Shown here piece after piece: positions 18,039 through 26,195 of a DNA stretch of 34,364 bases (position 1 is its first letter; each line of letters opens with the position of its first letter). Source of the stretch: Rhodoluna sp. (lineage in GTDB: Bacteria > Actinomycetota > Actinomycetes > Actinomycetales > Microbacteriaceae); NCBI GenBank assembly GCA_044345455.1, contig JBIJBA010000001.1, positions 1 through 34,364 of the forward strand, given 5' to 3'. Made by a program: the position numbers and the translations under genes. Under the pieces are notes generated by a model that saw nothing but the letters and a program-made list of their open reading frames with translations, did no database searches and was not told the DNA's origin.

Positions 18039-19391
18039 ATGAGTAAGTCACTGGAGCAGCTTCAGAAAGAACTCAAAGTCGCCAACATCGATGTACTGAG
18101 GGTTGTGTACCTGGACATCATCGGATTAGTCCGAGCCAAGGACATATTGGTTTCCCAACTGGACCAGATTTCCCACGGTGGCCCAGCTTTCTGTCAGGGT
18201 ATCTGGGTTACCACAACAGGTGGTGATGTTTTAGATGCGCAAAACATAATTACTGACGGACTGCAAGACTTCATTTCTCAGATTGTTCCAGAATCTTGGC
18301 GAGAGCTTCCTTGGGAACCAGGCGTGGCTTATGTGGTCGCGGGAGCAAATAATCCGGACGGATCAAAGAACCTTTTGTCACCGAGAAACATCCTCGAACT
18401 CATGGTCCAGAAATATAAAGATCTCGGGCTCAACCCCATCGTCGGTCCGGAACTGGAGTTCTACATCGCGGAGAAGGATGAAAACGGCAAATACAAAAGA
18501 GCTATTGAGCGAACAGGTCAGGCTTACACCACAGGTTCTGTGACTGATCCTAAGGGGACCTTCCTGCACCTGCTGAGAATGCTTGACCAGATGAACATCG
18601 GAATCTTTGCTGGTAATCACGAATTCAGTCCAAGCCAATATGAAATTAACTTCTGGCACGGCCCAGCTCTTGACGCAGCAGATAGAACACTTCTGATGAA
18701 GACCACAATCAAAGAAGTCGTTGCTCGAGCCGGTCAGCATGCGACCTTCTGCGGTAAGCCTTGGAGCGATGAAGGTGGCAGCGGATTCCACCTGCACTTC
18801 TCAGTCGAAGACCTAAAGGGCAAGAACGTCATGCACGATGGCGGTGAGCACTTGAGCGCTGTTGGCAAGAACATGATTGCGGGTATCTTAAAACACGCTC
18901 ACGCCCTGACTGCAATTTGCAACCCAACAATCAATGCGTTCAAGCGCCTGGGTCCAGACACATTGGCTCCCTATCGGGCCAACTGGGGACTCGACAACCG
19001 TTCAGCATTGATTCGAATCCCGCCTGAGCGAGGATCTGGAACCAGGCTTGAAGTAAGAGTTGCCGATGGTGCCGCAAATCCCTATTTGATGACAGCTGCA
19101 ATTCTGGCTGCTGGTCTTGATGGAATTCTGAACAAGCTAGAAGCACCTGAGCCAGTTGTAGGTATGTCTTACGATAACGAGTCAGCACCAGTTCTTCCGA
19201 TGAGCCTGGAAGAAGCGCTTGATGCTTTGCAGAAAGATACTGTCCTAAGAGACATACTTCAAGGGCCAATTGTCGAAGTGTTTGATGTTCTAAAGCGAGA
19301 CGAAGTTCGTCGCTATAAAGAGGCCGTATCAGACCCAAACACCCGAGAGACTACCGATTGGGAAGTCAAAGAGTACATGTCTGATTTCTAA
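18039..19391 (+). CDS. Glutamine synthetase-like protein, probable gamma-glutamyl-amine ligase
   Basis: GPELEFY, HE...SQYEIN, GSGFHLHFS, NAFKRL, NRSALIRIP and RLEVR..DGAANPYL. Lacks the FDGSS motif and has PDTLAP in place of the PGYEAP flap of true GS. Confidence 0.9.
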   Translation: MSKSLEQLQKELKVANIDVLRVVYLDIIGLVRAKDILVSQLDQISHGGPAFCQGIWVTTTGGDVLDAQNIITDGLQDFISQIVPESWRELPWEPGVAYVVAGANNPDGSKNLLSPRNILELMVQKYKDLGLNPIVGPELEFYIAEKDENGKYKRAIERTGQAYTTGSVTDPKGTFLHLLRMLDQMNIGIFAGNHEFSPSQYEINFWHGPALDAADRTLLMKTTIKEVVARAGQHATFCGKPWSDEGGSGFHLHFSVEDLKGKNVMHDGGEHLSAVGKNMIAGILKHAHALTAICNPTINAFKRLGPDTLAPYRANWGLDNRSALIRIPPERGSGTRLEVRVADGAANPYLMTAAILAAGLDGILNKLEAPEPVVGMSYDNESAPVLPMSLEEALDALQKDTVLRDILQGPIVEVFDVLKRDEVRRYKEAVSDPNTRETTDWEVKEYMSDF

Positions 19392-19401
19392 AGCAAAAGC
19401 T

Positions 19402-20214
19402 TTATACGGTTGGATCAGAAAAGTCTGCTACTAAGTTTCCGCCTGCGAAAGTGACTCCAAGTTCGCGGTAGTAACCACCAAGGATTTTCTGAACTGGAAG
19501 AATTGAACCTAGTTCATCCCATTCAGAATCACCAAGAACTAGTTCAGCATCGCCGCTCCAGGTGACACCAATCTCAGCATCGCTTGAACCAAGAGAAACT
19601 AGTTGATCCAAAGAGTTTCCTTTTCCAGGAGTAATTGACGGCATCCAGCGGCTATGAAGCATCTTGTGACCGTTGACAAAACCGTTGCTGTCAGACTCCT
19701 GTCTCAAAGTAACAATCGCGCTCGCTAGTCTGTGGTCGTAGGCAGCAACGCTAGCTCCAAGTTTTGCGCCAGGCTCGAGTCTTGGTGTTGCCTTGCCGTT
19801 ATTGAAAACTCTAGTGACAGCGATGTTTCCAAGTTTTTTAGGGTAACCCTGGAACCAACCTCTGGCAATCGCAAAGTCTTTCGTGACCCAGATTGCAACA
19901 CAACGAGAATAAGTAACCTCCTGGTACTTGCAACGAATTACAACAAAAGTTTCTAGATACTGTGATCGCACTGGATCTAACAGTTCAGCCTTTGAAGTTG
20001 AACAGGACTGCCAATCAGCCCAAATGATTGCAACTGCACCGGGTTGCTCGTCTGCTATCTCGACGCCTTCTGGAAGAAGAGCGGCAACATTTTTCGGGTC
20101 GGTTAGGTACTCGACGGTAAGTAGGGTGCCCGAGTACAGCCAAGGCATCTCGGGAATAATGGCACTTTTTCCACTTGGGGTTTTGGGTGCTAGAAAACCT
20201 TTTAGTTCACTCAT
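19402..20214 (-). CDS. Acetoacetate decarboxylase-like superfamily protein (MppR/Sbi00515-type)
   Basis: PWLYSG, DWQS, DPVRSQY.E and the Schiff-base Lys motif ARGWFQGYPKKLG. ATG 20214 lies 7 nt after a -10-like TACCCT, suggesting a leaderless transcript; GTG 20220 is the alternative start. Confidence 0.88.
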   Translation of the reverse strand: MSELKGFLAPKTPSGKSAIIPEMPWLYSGTLLTVEYLTDPKNVAALLPEGVEIADEQPGAVAIIWADWQSCSTSKAELLDPVRSQYLETFVVIRCKYQEVTYSRCVAIWVTKDFAIARGWFQGYPKKLGNIAVTRVFNNGKATPRLEPGAKLGASVAAYDHRLASAIVTLRQESDSNGFVNGHKMLHSRWMPSITPGKGNSLDQLVSLGSSDAEIGVTWSGDAELVLGDSEWDELGSILPVQKILGGYYRELGVTFAGGNLVADFSDPTV

Positions 20215-20328
20215 GGACACTAGGGTACAGAGTCATTCGGGCACAAACGAGCCATTTTTACAATTTTTCGACAAAATTTGTAGGACTTAGAACTTGACCA
20301 AAGTCCCGATTAGGGCAAGATTAGTCAT

Positions 20329-20348
20329 ATCGTTTTGATACGAACGAT
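20329..20348. promoter_or_regulatory. Candidate MarR operator, copy 4 (upstream of the permease)
   Basis: Perfect arms ATCGTT-TTGATACG-AACGAT, just downstream of the promoter-like pair TTGACC(20294)-N17-AAGATT(20317). Confidence 0.72.
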
Positions 20349-20380
20349 TCACCATTCAATGAGGAAGGGGGCCATAACAA

Positions 20381-21868
20381 ATGGCCAAAGGATCAAACAA
20401 GTCCCTCAGCAAGGGGCGACTCGGTGTCGTTGGCATCGTTTTTTTTGTAGTCGCAGCTAGCGCTCCACTGGTCGGTATGACCGGTGCTGTGCCAGTAGCG
20501 ATGCTTCTAGGAAACGGCGCTGCAACACCGGGTGCCTATCTAGCAGTAGGACTAACACTTTTAGTCTTCTCAGTCGGTTATGCAGCTATGAGCAGCAAGG
20601 TAACTAATGCTGGAGCATTTTTTGCTTTTGTTGGAAAAGGACTCGGGCCTAAAGCCGGAGTTGCATCTGCCTATGCATCGATTATTGGGTACGTCACAAT
20701 TCAATTAGCTATTTATGGCTTCTTTGGTTTGGTGATTTCACTCACTGCAGCCGGATTTGGCCTCAGCCTCCCCTGGTGGGCATGGGCACTTATCGCTTGG
20801 GTTGTCGTAACGCTACTTTCGCTACTAAGTGTTGATATTGGAGCAAAAGTCCTAGGTGTTCTTCTGAGCGTCGAGCTACTTGCACTAATCATCACTGCGG
20901 TTGCAATTTTGGTAAACGGTGGACCAGAACCAATGGATATCAACGCTTCGTTTAACCCAGCGCTGGTGTTTGCTGGTGGTTTTGCAGGAACCGCGGGAAT
21001 CGCACTAGCGTTCGCTTTTGCATCCTTTATCGGTTTCGAAGCAACAGCAATTTACGGTGAGGAATCTAAAGATCCAAAGCGTGACGTTCCAAGAGCAACC
21101 TATTGGGCTATTGGAATCATTGCAGCACTATTCGCAGTAGTTTCATTTGCAATGGTGGTTGGTATGGGAAGCAGCCAGTTGATAGATCAGGTTGTTGAGC
21201 GCTCATCTGTCCTAGCGGATCCAGCCGCAGTCCTATTCAGCCTCGCGGCAGAATATGTCTCGCCAGAGATCGTGACAATCATGGCCCTGTTGGTTGTGAC
21301 GAGCCTGTTTGCTGGATTGCTTGCATTCCAGAACGCGGCAGCTCGTTACTTCTTTGCCATGGGTAGAGGTGGCGTTATGCCTTCTATGCTGGGCGAGACA
21401 AACAAGGTTGGTGCTCCACAAAACGGTGCACTTCTAACCTCCATAATTGCGGGTGCGGTAATTGTGCTCTTTGCAGCTGCAGGACTAGACCCATTCCTTA
21501 ACTTGTTCAGCTGGATGAGCGGTATCGCCGTTATTGCAGTTGTTGCGGTTGAGGTATTGGTCTCGATTGCTGTAATTGCTTACTTCAATAAAGCAGGCGG
21601 AGGAACTCTTTGGAATTCAAAGATTGCTCCTGCCGCATCAGTTGTTTTGATGCTTGCTGGTTTGTACCTACTAATGTCTAGGTTCAACTTGCTAGCCGGA
21701 ACATCTGCTGATGGGGTAGACCCATCGCTACCTGAATCAGCCTGGGCTCTCTCTGGCCTTGGTTGGTTCTTTGTACTGCTTCCATTCCTAGCGATGATCG
21801 TTGGGTATGTTGTTGCAGGAACCAGAAAAAACAAGAACGATGCCCTAGTTCGGGACTTCGCTTCTTAG
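20381..21868 (+). CDS. APC-superfamily amino acid / amine permease
   Basis: About 12 hydrophobic segments, with VAASAPL, NAGAFFAFV.KGLG, SFIGFEATAIYGEESKDP and ARYFFAMGR.G. Confidence 0.93.
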   Translation: MAKGSNKSLSKGRLGVVGIVFFVVAASAPLVGMTGAVPVAMLLGNGAATPGAYLAVGLTLLVFSVGYAAMSSKVTNAGAFFAFVGKGLGPKAGVASAYASIIGYVTIQLAIYGFFGLVISLTAAGFGLSLPWWAWALIAWVVVTLLSLLSVDIGAKVLGVLLSVELLALIITAVAILVNGGPEPMDINASFNPALVFAGGFAGTAGIALAFAFASFIGFEATAIYGEESKDPKRDVPRATYWAIGIIAALFAVVSFAMVVGMGSSQLIDQVVERSSVLADPAAVLFSLAAEYVSPEIVTIMALLVVTSLFAGLLAFQNAAARYFFAMGRGGVMPSMLGETNKVGAPQNGALLTSIIAGAVIVLFAAAGLDPFLNLFSWMSGIAVIAVVAVEVLVSIAVIAYFNKAGGGTLWNSKIAPAASVVLMLAGLYLLMSRFNLLAGTSADGVDPSLPESAWALSGLGWFFVLLPFLAMIVGYVVAGTRKNKNDALVRDFAS

Positions 21869-21886
21869 GAAAGCACTCATTGGGTT

Positions 21887-21915
21887 AGGTGGCCAAGGAA
21901 TATCCTTGGCCACCT
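21887..21915 (+). terminator. Strong 13-bp hairpin after the permease (U-less terminator or mRNA-stabilising stem)
   Basis: AGGTGGCCAAGGA-ATA-TCCTTGGCCACCT is a perfect inverted repeat starting 19 nt after the stop. No U-tract follows on either strand. Confidence 0.6.
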
Positions 21916-21940
21916 CCCCCTGGAAAAAAAGGCGATCATC

Positions 21941-22189
21941 ATGGATCAAGACTTCGATATCGATGTGACCTTCGAAGAGAGCGCTAACGAAAGCCTCATT
22001 GCCAGTCTCAGTAAAGCGGACCTAAAGAAAAAATGTGACTCCTTACCGCATGAATTGGTTGAAGCGGCAACGGCAATTTTGGTGGATAAGAGAACTTATT
22101 CAGATGTCTCACAAGCGCTAGGAATTCGCCAGCCAGAACTGGTGCGCGCCATACATCGTGCCAAGTTGATCATTTCTGGAGATAAATAG
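21941..22189 (+). CDS. Small protein resembling an isolated sigma-70 region 4 helix-turn-helix domain
   Basis: LPHELVEAATAILVDKRTYSDVSQALGIRQPELVRAIHRAK matches the LP...Y.E(I/V)A..LG(I)...V...(I/L)HRA pattern of ECF sigma region 4. Fills the gap between co-oriented genes and has an AAGG SD. Confidence 0.68.
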   Translation: MDQDFDIDVTFEESANESLIASLSKADLKKKCDSLPHELVEAATAILVDKRTYSDVSQALGIRQPELVRAIHRAKLIISGDK

Positions 22190-22192
22190 AGC

Positions 22193-23551
22193 TTGAGTTA
22201 CACGCTAATAAACCCATCAACCGAAGAGTCAATGGAAACCATTGAGCACCTCGATGTTGGCCAAACGGACGAAGCGATAAATAAAGCGGTAAAAGCTCAG
22301 GAGAAGTGGGCGGCTCTTGCGCCAAGCGATCGTGCAACGTTGCTCAGGAGATTTGCTCTGGCAGTTGATGCCGACAACGAAAACCTAGCCCAGCTAGAGG
22401 TTAGAAATTCTGGGCACCCAATCGACCAAGCACGGTACGAGGCCAATAACGTTCGAGACGTTTTGCATTATTACGCCGGAGCCCCTGAGAGGCTCATTGG
22501 TAAACAAATCCCGGTCGCAGGGGGGATTGCAGTTACATTCCATGAGCCAATAGGCGTTGTGGGAATGATTACCCCTTGGAACTATCCAATGCCCATCGCA
22601 GGCTGGGGGATGGCACCAGCTCTTGCGGCGGGTAATGCCGTGGTTCTAAAGCCTGCTGAGTGGACACCACTTACTTCAATCCGCTTAGCCGAGCTAGCAC
22701 TAGAAGCAGGATTACCAGAGAACTTATTTCAGGTGCTTAACGGAAAAGGAACTGTTGTTGGAGATCGCCTAGTCACCAACGAAAAAGTAGGGAAAATTGT
22801 TTTCACTGGTTCCACGGCAGTTGGAAAACACATCATGCGCGGTGCCGCCGATCAAATCAAACGCGTAACTCTAGAACTCGGTGGCAAAAGCGCCAACATT
22901 ATCTTTGAAGATTCCGATATCGAGAAGGCCGCAAGAAGTGCCCCCTACGCGGTCTTTGAAAATGCCGGTCAGGACTGCTGCGCACGTTCAAGAATTTTGG
23001 TGCAAAAATCTGTATTCGAAAAATTTATGGAAGCCTTAGAACCAGTAGTAAAGGCGGTCAAGGTCGGTGACCCTTCCCTAAGCGGGACTGAGGTTGGTCC
23101 TTTGGTGAGTAAACAACACCGCGAAAATGTGAGCAGTTTTCTAGAAGGTGCTGATGTTGCGTTTCGAGGAAGTGCCCCCACTGGCAAAGGTTTTTGGTTT
23201 GCTCCAACAGTCGTGCTCGCTAAGAGCCCAACGGATAAATGCATGGCGGAAGAGATTTTTGGGCCGGTGGTTACTGTTTACCCTTTCGAAACAGAACAGG
23301 AAGCTATTGAGCTGGCAAATGGAACAGAGTACGGTCTTTCTGGATCGATTTGGACTCGCGATTTAGGTCGGGGAATTCGGGTTTCGAGGGAAGTTCAAAG
23401 CGGCAACCTTTCAGTGAACTCTCATTCATCTCTTAGGTACCACACCCCATTCGGGGGAATGAAGCAGTCAGGCATGGGACGCGAGCTAGGCCCAGATGCC
23501 CCGCTTCACTTCACTGAAGAAAAGGTTGTTTTCTTCAATCAAGATAACTAG
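22193..23551 (+). CDS. Aldehyde dehydrogenase, AldC (Rv2858c)-like
   Basis: LINPSTEE, LEVRNSGHPI, PERLIGKQIPVAGG, ELGGKS, NAGQDCCARSR and GNLSVNSHSS. From recall, it closely follows the ALDH encoded near actinobacterial glnA4. Confidence 0.9.
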   Translation: MSYTLINPSTEESMETIEHLDVGQTDEAINKAVKAQEKWAALAPSDRATLLRRFALAVDADNENLAQLEVRNSGHPIDQARYEANNVRDVLHYYAGAPERLIGKQIPVAGGIAVTFHEPIGVVGMITPWNYPMPIAGWGMAPALAAGNAVVLKPAEWTPLTSIRLAELALEAGLPENLFQVLNGKGTVVGDRLVTNEKVGKIVFTGSTAVGKHIMRGAADQIKRVTLELGGKSANIIFEDSDIEKAARSAPYAVFENAGQDCCARSRILVQKSVFEKFMEALEPVVKAVKVGDPSLSGTEVGPLVSKQHRENVSSFLEGADVAFRGSAPTGKGFWFAPTVVLAKSPTDKCMAEEIFGPVVTVYPFETEQEAIELANGTEYGLSGSIWTRDLGRGIRVSREVQSGNLSVNSHSSLRYHTPFGGMKQSGMGRELGPDAPLHFTEEKVVFFNQDN

Positions 23552-24432
23552 CGACTGAGGAATCCGCTCGCTAGCTCCAAAACAGTTAGCGCACCTAGGC
23601 GAACAGTTCTACCATCAGCACTATCTGCCATTGCGTCGATCTCAGTGATGTCGACAGATTTCACTTGCTTTGCTTTTCCAATTTGAAAAGCGAACTGCCT
23701 TAGCTCATCTGCTGAAATTCCACCTGGGGCTGCAGCTGGGCAAGCAGGAACAAAAGACCGATCACAAACATCCATGTCTATATCCACATGCAATTTCTTG
23801 TCTCCAAGAAAATCAAGCGCTTCGCTAAAGACGCTTTCAACGGATCTGTTTCTTAGAGCAGATCTTGGAATTACATGAATTCCAAAATCTTTCGCCCGTT
23901 TGGCATAATCCGCAGAATTAGAAAAATCATTTATCCCAATTTGAACAACACTTGATCCCGGCAAACCTGCTTCAATCAATCTTCTAACCGGTGAACCGTT
24001 TGATACACCGTCTCGTAAATCGTGATGGGCATCGAGAGTAATCAGTCCCGCAGAAGAAAGATCTTCACCAAAAACTCCACTCATCACGGCATAGGTAATT
24101 GAGTTATCGCCACCGAGTGCAATTGATAAATCTGTTTGATTGGATACCTTGTTGGCGAGAGCCTTGGTTCTTTCTTCCCCATCTTTTGAATCTGGAGTTT
24201 CTGAGTCGCCAAAATCTAGAAAACTAAGCTGTCTTAGATCTTGGTTTTGGCTGTGGCTAAAGGTTGAGTATCTGGCTAGTGCGACTCTAATTTCGGCTGG
24301 GGTGGCATTGGCTCCGGTAGCAGAAATGGATGTCTCGGAGGCTAGAACCCCCAATAGTCCAATCTCAGCCCGCTCAGAGCCAGCTGGCGCTAGCCAGCTG
24401 GACGCTCTTGGCCACAGCGGATCTTCGCTCAT
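23548..24432 (-). CDS. hutG: Arginase/ureohydrolase family protein, probable formimidoylglutamase
   Basis: LGGDNS, DAHHD, DIDMDVCD, APGG and DITE; divergent from hutUIH. Start reassigned to ATG 24432 (GGAG SD). Confidence 0.8.
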   Translation of the reverse strand: MSEDPLWPRASSWLAPAGSERAEIGLLGVLASETSISATGANATPAEIRVALARYSTFSHSQNQDLRQLSFLDFGDSETPDSKDGEERTKALANKVSNQTDLSIALGGDNSITYAVMSGVFGEDLSSAGLITLDAHHDLRDGVSNGSPVRRLIEAGLPGSSVVQIGINDFSNSADYAKRAKDFGIHVIPRSALRNRSVESVFSEALDFLGDKKLHVDIDMDVCDRSFVPACPAAAPGGISADELRQFAFQIGKAKQVKSVDITEIDAMADSADGRTVRLGALTVLELASGFLSR

Positions 24433-24448
24433 TTCCGCTCCAATCCAG

Positions 24449-24516
24449 ACTGGGTAATACTCGAATTGATTTGAGATTACCCTGTTATCAGGCACAAGAA
24501 AACATCAAAGTTGATG
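24449..24516. promoter_or_regulatory. Inverted repeats in the hutG/hutU divergent region
   Basis: GGGTAAT-A-CTCGAATTGATTTGAG-ATTACCC (24452-24482), and CATCAA-AG-TTGATG (24503-24516) touching the GGAGG SD of hutU. Confidence 0.45.
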
Positions 24517-24526
24517 GAGGAACCAA

Positions 24527-26191
24527 ATGACCCAAGCAACACGTGGCGCACTGCACGCAGCCACCGGCTCAACCATGACCGCGAAGGGTTGGGGTCAAGA
24601 AGCAGCTATTCGCATGCTTCACAACAACCTAGATCCAGCTGTTGCTGAGTATCCAGAAGAACTTATTGTTTATGGCGGTAGCGGTAAAGCTGCCAGGAAC
24701 TGGGCCAGCTTTGATTCGATTGTTAAGACTCTCACCAACTTAGAAAACGACGAGACCATGCTGGTCCAGTCTGGAAAACCAGTTGGTGTTTTCAGAACTC
24801 ACGAGTGGGCCCCAAGGGTATTGCTTGCAAACTCCAATTTGGTCGGTGACTGGGCCAACTGGCCAGAGTTCAGAAGACTCGAGCATCTGGGTCTAACAAT
24901 GTATGGACAGATGACGGCAGGTTCTTGGATCTATATCGGAACCCAGGGAATCCTGCAGGGAACTTACGAGACCTTTGCAGCGGTTGCTGCAAAGAGATTT
25001 GGCGGCACTCTTGCTGGAACACTTACTTTGACTGGTGGTTGTGGCGGTATGGGCGGAGCACAGCCACTTGCTGTGACTATGAACGAAGGAACTTGCCTAA
25101 TTGTTGACGTTGACGAATCACGTCTTCGCAGAAGAATTCAAGATCGCTACCTAGATGAGCTTGCAGACAACTTAGACGATGCAATCGAACGAGTTGTCCG
25201 ATACAAATCTGAAAAGAAAGCAATTTCTGTTGGGCTATCCGGTAACGCAGCGACTATCTTTGCTGAGCTTCTAAAGCGCGATGTTCCAATCGATATCGTG
25301 ACCGACCAAACTTCTGCTCATGATCCCCTGTATTACATCCCTGAGGGGATCAGCGTTGAAGAATCCCGTGCCTATGCGGAACGTAGCCCTGAGGAATTCA
25401 CTCAGCGAGCTGAGGCGTCTATGGCAAAGCACGTAGAAGCCATGGTTGGCTTCATGGCCAAGGGAGCCGAAGTCTTTGACTACGGAAACTCCATTCGAGA
25501 CGAAGCTAGAAAAGGCGGTTACTCAAGCGCCTTCAAGTTCCCTGGTTTCATCCCCGCATACATCCGCCCATTGTTCTGCGAAGGCAAGGGACCATTTAGG
25601 TGGGTCGCACTTTCTGGAGACAAGAAAGATATCTACCGAACCGATCAGGCCATCCTGGAGCTGTTCCCAGAAAACGAACATCTACACCGCTGGATCAAGA
25701 TGGCCCAAGATCGGGTTCAGTTCCAAGGTCTTCCTGCAAGAATCTGCTGGCTCGGTTATGGCGAAAGAGACAAAGCCGGAGCTGTATTTAACGACCTAGT
25801 CAAAAAAGGTGAAGTTTCTGCTCCGATTGTTATCGGTCGCGACCATTTGGACTGTGGGTCGGTTGCAAGCCCATACCGTGAGTCAGAAGCGATGCTAGAT
25901 GGCTCTGATGCAATTGCTGACTGGCCACTACTAAATGCCATGATAAACATTGCTTCTGGAGCATCCTGGGTTTCAATTCACCACGGTGGTGGCGTGGGAA
26001 TTGGACGATCAATTCACGCTGGACAAGTCTCTGTTGCCGACGGAACAGATTTGGCAGCTGAAAAGCTTAACCGCGTTTTGACTAACGACCCTGGTATGGG
26101 TGTCATTAGACATGCAGATGCTGGTTACCCAGAAGCACAAGGCGTGGCAAGAGCAAAGCACGTGCACGTGCCCATGCTTGATACCGAATAG
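24527..26191 (+). CDS. hutU: Urocanate hydratase
   Basis: [62 protein letters not shown] and GRDHLD. Confidence 0.98.
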   Translation: MTQATRGALHAATGSTMTAKGWGQEAAIRMLHNNLDPAVAEYPEELIVYGGSGKAARNWASFDSIVKTLTNLENDETMLVQSGKPVGVFRTHEWAPRVLLANSNLVGDWANWPEFRRLEHLGLTMYGQMTAGSWIYIGTQGILQGTYETFAAVAAKRFGGTLAGTLTLTGGCGGMGGAQPLAVTMNEGTCLIVDVDESRLRRRIQDRYLDELADNLDDAIERVVRYKSEKKAISVGLSGNAATIFAELLKRDVPIDIVTDQTSAHDPLYYIPEGISVEESRAYAERSPEEFTQRAEASMAKHVEAMVGFMAKGAEVFDYGNSIRDEARKGGYSSAFKFPGFIPAYIRPLFCEGKGPFRWVALSGDKKDIYRTDQAILELFPENEHLHRWIKMAQDRVQFQGLPARICWLGYGERDKAGAVFNDLVKKGEVSAPIVIGRDHLDCGSVASPYRESEAMLDGSDAIADWPLLNAMINIASGASWVSIHHGGGVGIGRSIHAGQVSVADGTDLAAEKLNRVLTNDPGMGVIRHADAGYPEAQGVARAKHVHVPMLDTE

Positions 26192-26195
26192 CTAA

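Noticed and set aside
19402-20214. Enduracididine biosynthesis (MppR) or true acetoacetate decarboxylase function
   Set aside because: No mppP/mppQ, NRPS or solventogenesis genes are present, and the context is catabolic.
15895-20272. GlnR-like AC-N9-AC boxes at 15895-15910 and 20257-20272
   Set aside because: They are plausible for a nitrogen-source pathway, but the consensus is too degenerate to support by eye and no match was seen at the GS-like promoter.
10597-23551. CTAG at both ends of the catabolic island as a possible target-site duplication
   Set aside because: Both are simply overlapping TAG stop codons of convergent genes; no integrase, transposase or longer repeat is seen.
24433-24495. 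ORF-track N-terminal extension of hutG
   Set aside because: It would occupy the divergent promoter; ATG 24432 has an SD.
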